Below, one piece after another: positions 1-11,164 of a DNA stretch of 64,000 bases; position 1 is the stretch's first letter, and each line of letters opens with the position of its first letter. A program made the position numbers and the translations under genes. The stretch is from Rebecca billardiae RCC1528 (taxonomy: Eukaryota > Protista > Haptophyta), in NCBI GenBank assembly GCA_965240325.2, contig OZ251236.1, forward strand, positions 1,488,001 to 1,552,000, written 5' to 3'. The notes beneath the pieces were generated by a model. That model ran no database searches, was not told the DNA's origin, and worked only from the letters and a program-made list of their open reading frames with translations.

Positions 1-100
1 AGTATCATCTAGTCGCGTCGTCATCACTATACGTATATATATACATGTGGGGCGCTTCGAGGATGAGCTTAAGTATTGATACATTAACTTAATATATATA

Positions 101-611
101 CAGGCAATCGCGGGCAATAAGGAGCTGTCACGTTAAGAAACTGGGGCTTGCTATCTGCGGATCTGGCCTAGAAACTGAGGCTAGCGATTGGCTGGTTCGC
201 TATACGCATAGTCACACTAAGAAACAGGGACTACGTCGTCCCGGCTGACGAGTGGTCCGCCGAGGGGCGAGGCCGAGGCGCAGTCGGCCCGTCGGGGACG
301 TGGCGCGCGGCCCGACTACGAGTACAGGCCAAGTCCCGACTTCTCCTGATGACTGACTCCTGGCCAGTGCACCGCAGCATCCATGCAACATCATGCCAGA
401 TTTGCTCCAAAAAGGCCCAACATTTTCGTCGGCCTCGCCGGCCGGGCCTAAAGACTCAGCGGGGGGCTCTGCCCCCCTGCGCCCCCCGCGCCTGCGCGGC
501 GGGCGGACCTAGCTAAGAAACTGAGACTCCGTAGGCGCTCGGGCTACCGAACGGCTAAGAAACCGAGGCTAGCCGTGAGATCTCTGACTTCTTATTGCCC
601 GCGATTGCCTG
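101..611. mobile_element. MITE-like non-autonomous DNA transposon (Tc1/mariner-type ends)
   Basis: Perfect 21-bp TIR CAGGCAATCGCGGGCAATAAG (101-121) with its reverse complement (591-611), flanked by TA on both sides. Repeated internal motif (C)TAAGAAAC(T/C)GAG. No coding capacity. Confidence 0.85.
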
Positions 612-742
612 TACTCAGAGTGTCAGCGTGAGTAGCGGTGACCGGCGGGCGCGAGTCGTACTTGCGCAGGACTCGCAGTCGCAGGGCTCTGGACTGTTGC
701 TGATGCCGATGACGCATTAATTATCTGATGATAATAAATAAT

Positions 743-780
743 AATATATTTTATAATATATATATATTATAAAATATATT
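743..780. repeat. 38-bp perfect AT-only palindrome
   Basis: AATATATTTTATAATATATATATATTATAAAATATATT equals its own reverse complement. Confidence 0.9.
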
Positions 781-1017
781 GACTGCGCGGAATACGACGA
801 TGATCAGGGCGCCGGCAGGCCGATTCCTGATGATTTAAGCCATATATATCGATAACGCGCCGCGATTAGATGCGCGCTGTTGATATATGTCGCGCATATG
901 TACCGAGCAGTTGTGCTGCCGCAGTGCGCTGTATCAATGACGAGCCGTTGCTGCGTATGTGCATCAGCGGAAAGTCGCGCTGCTGTTGTCGTTATACGAC
1001 GAACGCACGCTGCTGCG

Positions 1018-4000
1018 CTACATGGACGGGCGCGGCATGCGCTGGCGTGCGGGCCCGGCGCCGAGCAGCGGCGCAGTCGGGTCGATGCCGGATGACGACC
1101 TTCGCCCCGCACTCAGCCTGTGCGCCTGCGCCGCCTCCTGCCGCTGCGCCTCGAGCGCGCGCTCCTCTGCCGAGCGCAGCGCCTGGATGCGCTCGCGCAC
1201 AGACGGGTACGGGTGCGCCGGGTGCGCCACGCTCAGCGCGGCCGCGGGCAGCGGCTCGAAGCGGCGCTCGGTCGTGGGCGTCGTGCCGCGCGAGCCGGAG
1301 GGCGAGGGCGCGGCGGTGACGGGCTCGCCCCAGTCGGGCTCGGCCGTGCCCGCCGACTCGGCCGACTCGCGCTGCGAGCGTCGGCCGAGCACGCCCTTGC
1401 CCCGCGACAAGCGCAAGCCGCCCGGCGACGGCTCTGCGCTCGGCACGGCGCCCTCGGCGCCGTCGGTCTCGTCGCGCTCGCCCGGCGGCGGCGCGGCGTC
1501 CGCGAGGAGCGGCACGCTGAGCTCGCCCCCACCCGCGCGCCCCCTGCGCGTCGACGTGCGCACCGAGTCGGAGGCGCCGGCCTCGCTCGCGAGCACGTCG
1601 ATGGTGAAGCCGACGCGCGCGCCGCCCTTGCGCCGGGCGCCGCCCTGCCGGCCGCCGCTGCCGCCGCTGCGCAGCCCGCCGCGCGGCGGCCCTCTGGTCG
1701 AGCTCGTCACCTCCACCCCGCCGTCGCGGTGCGCCACCCTCGCGCGCGCGCGCACGCGCGCCACGATGAACGCCGCGAGCAAGAAGCAGCACAGCAACAC
1801 GAGCAGCGCGGACACAAACCGAGCGAGCGTGCGCCGCGAGCCCGGCGCCGAGCGCAGCGATGCGTCCGAGGCGCTCGCGCCAGCCTCGCCCGCGCCGCCG
1901 CCCGGGTCGGGCTCCGCTGCGCCGTCGGCGTCCGCGCCATCGGCGCCCGCGCCATCGGCGTCCGCGCCATCGGCGCCCGCGCCGTCGGAGCCCGCGCCGC
2001 CGCCGCCCGCGCCGCCGCCGCCCGCGCCGCCGCCGTCCGCACCGCCCGGGCTGGGTGGCAGCACGTGAGCGCTCGCACTCGCCGCCTCGCCCGTTGCGCG
2101 CGCGCCCGCGCCGTCGTCGTCGTCGTCCGGCTTGGCGGCGGGCGCGTGCGGCGGCGGCGGCGGCGCGGGCGGCGGGCTGGGCGGCACGTTGATCAGCGCC
2201 CAGCGCACCTCGCGCCTGCCCAGCCCCAGCGCCTCCTGCGCCACGCCCTCGCCGAGCGCGCGCAGCCGCCGCACGACCGAGTCGATGCGATGCGGCCCGG
2301 GGGCGAGCAGCGCGACCACTGCGGTGGAGCAGCGCTCGTCGGAGCACGGGGGCGCGGCGGCGAGGCGCGCGGCGGCGAGGGCGGCGAGGCGCGGCGCGGG
2401 CAGCGTCGCGAACCGCGCGCCGAGCGCCTCCGCGCCGCTCGCGGGCAGCACGCACACCTCCGCCCTCGCCAGCCGCAGCTGCGTGCACAGCAGCCCGCGC
2501 AGCCGCTCGCGGTACAGCGGCGCCGCGCGCTGCCACTCCAGCAGGGGCAGCTGCAGCCGGAACTCGAGCTCGTACACGCGCGCGGAGGCGGGCGGCGCGT
2601 CGCATGTGTACGGCGGCGGCGCGGGGTGCGACGGAGGCGGCGCCGCGCCGCCCTGCGCCGGGCTCGGCCGCGCGCCGCGCGCGCCGCCGCCGCGCGCGCC
2701 GCCGCCGCGTGTGCGCCACCACGGCGGCGGCGGCGCGGGCGGCGGCGCGGGCCGTGAGGGCGGCCGCGGCGAAGAGGGCGGCGCGGGCGAGGCCAAGGGG
2801 CGCTCGGGCGCCGACACCGGCGGGGACGACGGGGAGGGCGGCGGGGCCGACACCGGCGGGGGCGACGGGGAGGGCGGCGGCGGCAGCGGCGGCGGCGGCG
2901 ATGGCGACGGTGGCGGCGGTGGCGGCGGCGGAACGGGCGCGGGCGGCAGCGGCGGCGTGGACGGCGGCAGCGAGGGCGGCGTGGGCGGCGGCGGGCGCGG
3001 CGATGGCGATGGCGACGGCGGCGGCGGCATCGACGGCATCGACGATGCGTCCGCGCGCGGCGAGGGCGAAGACGGTGCCGCCGACAACGGCGGCGGCGAT
3101 GGGCGCGATGGCGGCGCGGAGACCGAGTCGGCAGGCGGCGGCGCCCGCGGCGGCGGCGGCAACGGCGGCGGCTGAGCCGAGGGGCTGGCCGCTGCAGATG
3201 GCGTTGGCGCGGCTGCGGACGCTGACGAGGGCGACAGCCCCGGCGGCGGCGGAGAGGGGGTCGGCGGCGGCGGTGGCGGCGGTGGCGAGGGCGGAGCGGG
3301 CGAGGGCGAGGGCGGAGGGGGCGAGGGCGAGGGCGGTGGGGGCGAGGGCGAGGGCGGCGGCGGCGGCGGCGAGGGCGAGGGCGGCGGTGGCGAGGGCGAG
3401 GGCGGCGGTGGCCGTGGCGCGGGTGGCATCGGAGGCGGCGAGGGTGAGGGCGGCGGCGGCGAGGGCGAGGGCGGCGGCGGCGGCGGCGAGGGCGAGGGCG
3501 GCGGTGGCGAGGGCGAGGGCGGCGGCGGCGGCGGCGAGGGCGAGGGCGGCGGCGGTGGCGAGAAGGGCGGCAGCGGCGAGGGCGCTGACCAACCAGAACC
3601 GCGCGGCGGCGGTGACGGTGGCACCGCCGCGAGCCCTGGCACAGACGCACGCGGCGCGGGCGGCGGGCGCGCGGAGCCGTCCTGCGGGGACGCCGGCGCA
3701 GGGCTGGATCCAGAGGAGGACCCGCTCGCTTGGCCTGCCGCCGCCCCCGACCCCACGCCGGGCGGTGGCGCTCCGGAGGCACGCTCAGCGGCAGCAGCAG
3801 CGGGCTGCGGGCGCGGAGGCGGCGGCGCACTGCCGGGCTGCTCGCGCCCTCCGGACACGGGGGGCGATCGGGGCCGCCCGTCGGCCACCGGGACGTCGCC
3901 GGCTGGCGAGGAGGCCTCAGGCGCGGGGCCGGGTGGCGGCGTGCGCTCGCGTGCGTCGCCACCGCGCGGGCCCGGGGGCTGCGCGGGCGAGGCTGGCGGC

Positions 4001-4908
4001 GATGGCGGTGGCGGTGGCGGCGGCGGCGGCGGCGGTGGCATGCCGGCGACATCTTCGCCCTGAGCGGGGCGCGCAGAATGGCGCCCCGCCGTGCGGGCGG
4101 GCGAGTTCGCTGCAGGTCGCGGCGGACGCCGCTCCCCGCCCACCGGGCCGCCACCGGGCGCGCGCTCGAGCAGCGGCGGCGGCGGCGGTGGCGGCGGTGG
4201 CCGGTCATCAGGCGAGAGCGTTGGTGGCGCGGGGAGAGGCGGCAATGGCGGCGGCGGCGGCGGCGGCGGAGGCGGCGAGCGTGACGATGGCAATCGCCCC
4301 TCGCGCACCTCGCCTTCCGCGCCCACGCTGCCGTCCGCTTTGTCCGCCGCCTCAGCGCCGTCGCCGCTGCTCAGCCGAGCGGCGGTGTGTGCGTGCGCGC
4401 TTGTGTGTGTGCGCGCTTGGTGCGGGTTGTGGGCGCCGTGTGCGAGGCTGTGCGTCGAGGCGGTGCTGGCACCGTGGGCGGGCTGCGAGCCGTGCTTTGA
4501 GCTCGAGCCGCTGCTATTGCCGTGCGCCACGTGCTTCGAGCGCGCGCTGCCCTCTGCCCCGCCACCCGTGCCGCCGATCGCGCCCGCTGCGCCCCACGGC
4601 GGCATCGGCGGCGCCGGTCGTGACCACGGCGGCGGCGGCGGTGAGGACGGGGGGGACGGCGGGCCAGGCGGCTGCGGCGGCGGCGAGGGCGACATCGGCG
4701 GCGGCGGCGGCGGCTTCTTCAGATACTTGCGGTACTTCTTGGGCACAAAGTGCTCCCAGCTGAGCAGCGACAGCGCACTCGCGTTCAGGGCGGCGGCCAG
4801 AGCGGCGGCGGCGCTGGCGTTGACGGGGACGGGCGCGGCGGACACGTCGCCCACGCCGCAGCAGAGCGCGGTGAGCGCGAGCGCCGCCGTCACGCACGAC
4901 GTGCGCAT
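1018..4908 (-). CDS. Proline-rich (extensin/HRGP-like) type I membrane protein
   Basis: 1296-aa ORF with an N-terminal signal peptide (MRTSCVTAALALTALCCG), long SPPPP/PSPSPPP tracts, one hydrophobic helix (FVSALLVLLCCFLLAAFIVA) followed by basic residues, and a cytosolic tail. Confidence 0.75.
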   Translation of the reverse strand: MRTSCVTAALALTALCCGVGDVSAAPVPVNASAAAALAAALNASALSLLSWEHFVPKKYRKYLKKPPPPPPMSPSPPPQPPGPPSPPSSPPPPPWSRPAPPMPPWGAAGAIGGTGGGAEGSARSKHVAHGNSSGSSSKHGSQPAHGASTASTHSLAHGAHNPHQARTHTSAHAHTAARLSSGDGAEAADKADGSVGAEGEVREGRLPSSRSPPPPPPPPPPLPPLPAPPTLSPDDRPPPPPPPPPLLERAPGGGPVGGERRPPRPAANSPARTAGRHSARPAQGEDVAGMPPPPPPPPPPPPSPPASPAQPPGPRGGDARERTPPPGPAPEASSPAGDVPVADGRPRSPPVSGGREQPGSAPPPPRPQPAAAAAERASGAPPPGVGSGAAAGQASGSSSGSSPAPASPQDGSARPPPAPRASVPGLAAVPPSPPPRGSGWSAPSPLPPFSPPPPPSPSPPPPPPSPSPPPPSPSPPPPPPSPSPPPPSPSPPPMPPAPRPPPPSPSPPPPSPSPPPPPPSPSPPPPSPSPPPPSPSPAPPSPPPPPPPPTPSPPPPGLSPSSASAAAPTPSAAASPSAQPPPLPPPPRAPPPADSVSAPPSRPSPPPLSAAPSSPSPRADASSMPSMPPPPSPSPSPRPPPPTPPSLPPSTPPLPPAPVPPPPPPPPSPSPPPPLPPPPSPSPPPVSAPPPSPSSPPVSAPERPLASPAPPSSPRPPSRPAPPPAPPPPWWRTRGGGARGGGARGARPSPAQGGAAPPPSHPAPPPYTCDAPPASARVYELEFRLQLPLLEWQRAAPLYRERLRGLLCTQLRLARAEVCVLPASGAEALGARFATLPAPRLAALAAARLAAAPPCSDERCSTAVVALLAPGPHRIDSVVRRLRALGEGVAQEALGLGRREVRWALINVPPSPPPAPPPPPHAPAAKPDDDDDGAGARATGEAASASAHVLPPSPGGADGGGAGGGGAGGGGAGSDGAGADGADADGAGADGADADGAAEPDPGGGAGEAGASASDASLRSAPGSRRTLARFVSALLVLLCCFLLAAFIVARVRARARVAHRDGGVEVTSSTRGPPRGGLRSGGSGGRQGGARRKGGARVGFTIDVLASEAGASDSVRTSTRRGRAGGGELSVPLLADAAPPPGERDETDGAEGAVPSAEPSPGGLRLSRGKGVLGRRSQRESAESAGTAEPDWGEPVTAAPSPSGSRGTTPTTERRFEPLPAAALSVAHPAHPYPSVRERIQALRSAEERALEAQRQEAAQAHRLSAGRRSSSGIDPTAPLLGAGPARQRMPRPSM

Positions 4909-5227
4909 CTGCGCGCGCGGGCCGCGCGGCTGATGCGCAGCTCGACTTCAATCGCGTGGCCGGCCGAGCTGGAGGGCTTGCCGCCTCGTCGATGTGCTGC
5001 CCCAACCGCTGCGCATCGGGTGCCGTCATCATGGATGGATGAATGCGGGTGGAAACAGTCTGAAACGTCGCGCAGCTCTCGTCAGAAACGTTGGCACGTG
5101 GCTCACTTCCGGGCGCGGACGCGGTCCTCCACTGCTACTAGCGGTCTGTTCGGCGCAGTGTAGTCTCCGACGGCGCTTCCTCAGCGGCGGCGGCGACCGA
5201 GGCGTCGCCCGCGCGCCCGCCGCTCGC

Positions 5228-6292
5228 TCACTCCATGCCGCCGCCCTCGAGGATGTCGACCATCGTGTACAGCCGCTTGGCCGAGCCCTCCGCCATGCGC
5301 GCCGCCAGGTAGAGCGCCGCGTCCGCCGTGCCCTCGGCGTACACGGCGCGCCCGTTCACGTTGTGCCGGAACTGGAACTCGACCGAGCCGTCCGGCGCGA
5401 CGAGCGAGTACGTGTGGTAGGCGTGCCCGTTGATCGCCTCCGCCGGCACCGGGTTGAGCCGGCCGTACCCCCCGGCCTCCGTGGGCGCGCCCGCCATCGC
5501 GTCCGCCTCGTCCCGGATGCGCACGATGCGATCGTCGCCCCACGCGCTGTCGGCCGCGAGCGCGGCGAGCGAGGCGGAGATGGCCTTGGCTGTGCCCGAG
5601 GTGTCCGCCTTGGTCTTCTGGTGCGACTCGGTCACGCGCAGCGTGTACCCCTCGAACGCGCCCGGGAAGTCCTCCGCCATCCGCGCCAGCCCCGCCTGCA
5701 GCGCCACGATCCCCTTGGCCATGTTGGGTGCGATCACCGCGTACTGGCCTGCGCACGACTCCACGCCCGAGGTGAGAGCGGCGCGGTCGCCGCCGGTAGT
5801 GCCCACCACGTACGGGAGGCCGTGCCGCGCGTACCACGCGCCGTTCGGGTTCACCGCCGTCGGGTGCGTGAAGTCGATGCACACGAGCGCGCCGCCCTGC
5901 GCCGTGGCCGCCTGCTTGAGCGACGCCAGCTCGGCGCCCGCGGCCTCGCACGGGGCGTCCGCGGGGGCGCTCAGGTCGGACGGGCCGGCGACGAGGCGGA
6001 TGGTCTGAGAGGACCCATCCGGCAGCTCGACGTCCACTGAGCCCGGCATGTTCGGCCCGGTCAGCGCGACGGGCGCGAGCCGCATGCCGCGCCGCACGCA
6101 TGCGCTCGCAATCTCCAAACCCATCGCGCCCGGCAGCCCGTTCATCACGATGGTCACGTCCTCCGGGCGCAGCGTCGCGCCCATGCGGATGCGCGAGCCG
6201 CGCGGCGCTGCGGGCTGCGCGCGGGCCGCGCAGCTCACGTCCATCCGCGGCGCGACCAGGGCGCCGATGGCGAGCACGAGCGGCGCGAGCAT
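5228..6292 (-). CDS. dapB: 4-hydroxy-tetrahydrodipicolinate reductase (plant/algal type), probably plastid-targeted
   Basis: Motifs NGLPGAMG, IDFT, VVGTTGG, IAPNMAK and ESHQKTKADTSGTA. N-terminal signal plus transit-like extension. Confidence 0.92.
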   Translation of the reverse strand: MLAPLVLAIGALVAPRMDVSCAARAQPAAPRGSRIRMGATLRPEDVTIVMNGLPGAMGLEIASACVRRGMRLAPVALTGPNMPGSVDVELPDGSSQTIRLVAGPSDLSAPADAPCEAAGAELASLKQAATAQGGALVCIDFTHPTAVNPNGAWYARHGLPYVVGTTGGDRAALTSGVESCAGQYAVIAPNMAKGIVALQAGLARMAEDFPGAFEGYTLRVTESHQKTKADTSGTAKAISASLAALAADSAWGDDRIVRIRDEADAMAGAPTEAGGYGRLNPVPAEAINGHAYHTYSLVAPDGSVEFQFRHNVNGRAVYAEGTADAALYLAARMAEGSAKRLYTMVDILEGGGME

Positions 6293-6766
6293 CGTGGATC
6301 GCGGTCGGTCTTTTTCGGCAGCTTTTTTTTAATAGCAGTTTTTTTCCTGGGACGATTTTCTGGTCGCCTGCTGGCTCAAACGGCCCCCGCGTTCGGCGAC
6401 GCGGTTGGGTTGCACGGGCCTGACTATCGGCCTCGGGAATCGGGATCGCGCTCGCGACTCAGGCTACTACGATGATAGTCGGCGGCATCATCATCAGAAT
6501 CCATATATGCCTAAATATGCGACGTAGCCGGCTCGCGCCTCAGGCTCCCGAGATCCCGGCGGCCCGAGCATTGCTGCCAGAACGGAGAAGCCAAGGCGCC
6601 GCCGACTCAGATTCAGAATGGACAGTAGAAGACAACACAGTCGCACAGCCCGCGACTCGCGCGGTCGGCTGCGGCTGCCGACCAAGCCACTGATGCCTCC
6701 ATCGACCCGGTGATGGCCTCCGACTGGAGGCAGGGGGTCGCGGCCCACGCCGAGCAGCGGCGGCCC

Positions 6767-8484
6767 CTATAGCAGCAGGCCGCCGCTGCGCCCTCCCGCA
6801 GCCCACGCTTCCTGCAGCTGCTGCTTCGACTCGTCCGACAGCTCGTTGCCCCTGCGGCGGCGCGCGCGCGACGCGCGACGGGCGAGGGCCGGGCGCACGG
6901 CGCGGCGCGTGAGCCGGGCGGCACGCGCGCCGCGCACAGGGCGGCTGCCGAGGAGCCGCCGCCGAGCGGCGCGCGGCCGCGGCGCGCGGCGCGCGCGCAC
7001 GTCAAGTCGAGCGTCTGCACGCTCTTGCTCGCGCGCAGCGCGGCGGCGAGGGGCGCGGCGTCCTTGGCGCCGATGGCGTTGTGCGCGAGGTCGAGCGCGC
7101 GCACGGAGCGGGCTGCGCCGCCCGGTGGCTGCAGCCACTTGGCGACGGCGCTGCCCACGACGGGGCCGAGGCGCTGCAGCGCGAGCTCCTCGAGCGTGGG
7201 CGGCAGCGCCGCGCACAGTTGCTCCACCGCCTTGCGGTGCGGGTGTCGCTCCGCCGGGCAGAGCACGCTCAGCCGGCGCAGCCGCGACGCGCCGAGCACT
7301 CGCAGGTGGCGGCGCAGCTCGTCGCCGATCCCGCCGGAGAAGATGCCGAGCTCGCGCACGCGCGCGATGGACTCGTCGGCGAGGAGGCGGCCGAGCATCG
7401 GCGCGGTGAACCGCGCGCCCACCGTCGCGTCGAGCGCCTCCTGCTCCGCCTTGGGCCCCACCGCCGCGAGCAGCGCCGCGTGCTCGTCGGGGCTGGGCGC
7501 CTTGGCGGCCGCGACGCGGAAGCCGTGCGCCTTGTGCGCGAGCGAGGCGGGGAAGTACGCCTCGCGCCGCGCCTTGAGCTCGAGCAGCCCGCCGTCGGCG
7601 ACGGCGAAGCCGTCGACCAGCCCGACCGCGCGCGCGCCGCCCTCGCCCGCCGCCGCCGTGTAGCAGTCAAACTTGAAGTGCGCGGGCTGCTCGACGGTGG
7701 CGAGCCAAACCTCGTACCCGTTGCGGCCGAGGGCAAACACGGCCGCGGCGCGGTCGGCGATGACGATGGCGCCCTCGCACGCGCGCATGGCCTGCACGAA
7801 GGGCGCCACCTTCACCGAGCCGTCGTCCGCCACCGACGCGCGTCGCCGCGTCGGCCCGGGGTGCAGGCTCGCTGCGTACGTGCTCACCTGCGCCCGCGCG
7901 CGCCGCACAGCCGGCGCGGTCGGCGCACGCGCGGAACGCGCGTGGGCACGGGCCAACCGCGCGGCCGCGCGGCTGCGTGGCGCGGCGCGCGCGCGCGCGC
8001 GCACCCAGTACGCCGTGTCCTCGCCCATCCCGCGGTCGGCCGCGTGCTGCGCGAGGCAGGCGATCATGTCGTGCACCGGCTCCTCGCGCGCGTGGATCAC
8101 GTACCAGGAGGGGCGCTGCGGGCCGGAGGCGAGGAGCTCGACGGCGGAGCAGGCGTACGCGGAGGTGAGCGGCATGATCAGGTGCTCCACCACGTCGTGC
8201 AGCGTCACGCGCTCGGGCGTGAGCAGCGCGCCGTGCTGCGCGCGGTCAGACGAGACCCAGCCTTCGGCCTCGCAGCGCGCCTGGATGAGCGAGTAGATCT
8301 GGCGCAGCTGGCGCAGCGTGATGGCGCGGTCAGTCAGGCTGGGGATGGGCGTGTGCTTCGCGCCGAGATCGTCGGCGCTGCGCGAGGTGCTCTGCTGCAG
8401 GCCCATCCTCGTGTGGGGTGCGCTCCGCTTCTTCCGCGCCGCCGCCTTTCCCTTCGGGACGACGCCGCGCCGGAACTTCGTCAT
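6767..8484 (-). CDS. LRR (RI-like) protein with an uncharacterised N-terminal domain; 3 exons
   Basis: Predicted GT-AG introns at 7888-8004 and 6852-7000. The spliced C-terminus gives LRRs LDLAHNAIG and LDLTGNELS, with the stop at 6767. Confidence 0.7.
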
Positions 8485-8703
8485 CTCGGTGCAATGCTTC
8501 TCGTCGAGATCGCATGGGCGCGACGTTACTCATCACTGTATTGAGGACGCCCTATCTACCAAGGGCGGTACTGAGCGGGTACTACAGTTTACTAAGAATA
8601 AGACACGCACATGTACAGCTCAGGCAGGCGAGATCACAGTGGTGCAAGCAAGCAGGGTGGCCGTCGAACCCACGCCCGGGGCGCTGCGCGCGCGCCTCTC
8701 GGC

Positions 8704-9129
8704 ATGGGGTGTGGCGCGTCCAAGAAGACGGCGATCGAGCCGAGCGCCGCGCCGGATGGCGCGAGTGCGACGGCCGCCGAGCCGCAGGCCGCGCCCGAGC
8801 CGGCGGAGCGCGCCGCGGCGGAGGTCGCCGCGCCGGTGAACGCGTCAGCCTCGCGCTCGGATCCGCCGCCGCCCGAGCCGCCGGCGCCGACAGTGCTGAG
8901 CGAGGCGATCGTGCGCTCGATCTCGGCGCTCCCAACCAACTCCGCCGCGCCCGCCGCCGCGCCCGCCGCCGCCGACGGCGCGGAGAGCGAGGTGCGCTCC
9001 TCGCTCGCGTCCGCTGGCTCGACGCCGCGCAAGGGCACGTTTCGCGACGCGAGCAAGAGCAAGCCGCGCGGTAACGTGACGTTCACCGAGGAGACGGACG
9101 TGTTCGAGGACGAGGACGTGTTCGAGCAG

Positions 9130-9162
<33 letters not shown>

Positions 9163-11133
9163 GGCAACACCTTCCTCGACACGTCGATGTCCGACGCGCG
9201 CGTCTCGAAGCACGACCCCGAGAGCGCGGAGGGCGAGAGCGTGCTCTTCGCCTCGTCGCTCACGCAGCGCGTGGCGGCGGGGCGCGGGCGCGCGGCGATC
9301 ATGAAGCAGATGCAGCTCGCGCAGCTCGCGGGCATGCCGCCCACGCCGCCCTCGCGCGAGTCCTCCCGCAACTACGTCTTCCTGCCCGGGTTTGGGCTGC
9401 GCATGGACGACGGGCTGGAGGAGGAGGGCGAGGAGGAGGACGACGAGGACGTGGCGATGGAGGTGCTGCCGGACGGGAGCACGCGCGCGGTGCTCCGCAC
9501 GATGGAGCCCGACGACGACGACGACAACGTCGCCGTGCCCGTCGGCGCCGGCTCCGACGCGCCGAGCGCGCCGTCGCCGCCGCCGTCGGCGTCGAGGGGC
9601 GGCGGCGGCGGCTTTGGCGCGCGCAAGGCCGGCGGCTTTGGCGGCGGCCTGGCGCTGAGCCTGAACGTGGGCGGCGGCGGCGGTGCGGACGACGCCGAGG
9701 ACGGCGGCGGCGGCGAGCTCGCCCTCTCCATCGGCGGCAGCGAGCTCGCCCTCCCCGACGACTCGCCGCCGCGCCCGTCGCCCAAGTCGCCCGGCGGCTC
9801 CCTGCGCGAGCGGCGCAAGGCGCCGCTCTCCGTGTCCGTGCAGCCAGAGATGCCGCAGTCGGCCAAGCGGCGGGAGGGCGGGGCGAAGAGCTCGTTCAAG
9901 GTGGCGCCGCTCTCAGTGGGCAAGTCGCCCCGCCGCGGCGCCGGCCGCGGCGCCGAGTCCTTCGTCATCGCGCCCATGTCCGTGGGGAAGGCGCGCTCGC
10001 CGGCCAACGCGTCGTACGCGGACGCGCTCGCGGCGCGCGCGATCGTGATCGGCGGCAGCAAGCCGATGGACCGCGCCAACTCGCTGGGCGAGGCGGACCT
10101 GGAGCACGTGCACTCGTTCCAGCTGAACTCGCTGGTCACCCCGGCGGGCTCCAACCCCGGCGACTCGCCGCTCCGCTCGCCGCTCCGCTCGTCGGGCGCG
10201 GGCGGCGGCGGCGCCGCCGAGCGCGAGGGCGGCTTTGCGGCGCGGCCGGCCGCGCCCGACCTGCCGCGCTCCGCGTCCATGCCAGACCTCATCTTCACGG
10301 GCGGCACGCCGATCATCCAGGAGGAGGGGGAGGAGATCATCCCGCCGGCGCCGATGACGCGCGCGCCCGACGGCAAGCGGCACAACCCCGGCCCGCGCTG
10401 GGGCAAGCCCGCCGAGGAGACCAACGCCGTGCTGACCGGCCGAGACGAGCTGGGCAACCGGTACGTCAACCAGTACCGCATCCTCAAGCCGCTCGGCAAG
10501 GGCGCGCAGGGGAAGGTGTACCTGTGCGTGGACATGCTCACCAGCCGGCCGGCGGCGGTGAAGATCATCAAGAAGCCGCGCGGCGTCTCCATCCACTCGG
10601 GCGACACGTCCAAGCTGCTCAAGGCCATCGGCACCGAGATCGCCATCATGAAGAAGCTGCGGCACGCCAACATCGTGCAGCTGTACGAAGTGATCGATGA
10701 CCCGAGCGCGGACAAGATCTACATCGTGATGGAGTACATCGGCAGGGGGCCGGTGATCTCGCTCTCGAGCAAGGCGATGACGTGCGACCCGCTGCCCGTC
10801 GACGTCGCGCGCTCGTGCTTCCGCGACTGCGTCGCCGCGCTCGAGTACATGCACCGCAACTCGATCGCGCACCGCGACATCAAGCCGGACAACCTGCTTA
10901 AGATGAGCGACGGCCGCATCAAGGTGGCCGACTTTGGCGTGTCGGACATGCTGCAGACGCTGGACGACACGACGCAGACGATGGCGGGGACGCCGGCGTT
11001 CCTCTCGCCCGAGGTGTGCGGCATGCAGGTCGCCAAGATGCGCGTGCTGCACACCCGCTCGATCACGAACGCGTCGACGCGCTCGGCGGGCGGCACGGGC
11101 GGCGCGGGCGGCACGGGCGGCGCGGGCGGCGCG

Positions 11134-11164
<31 letters not shown>

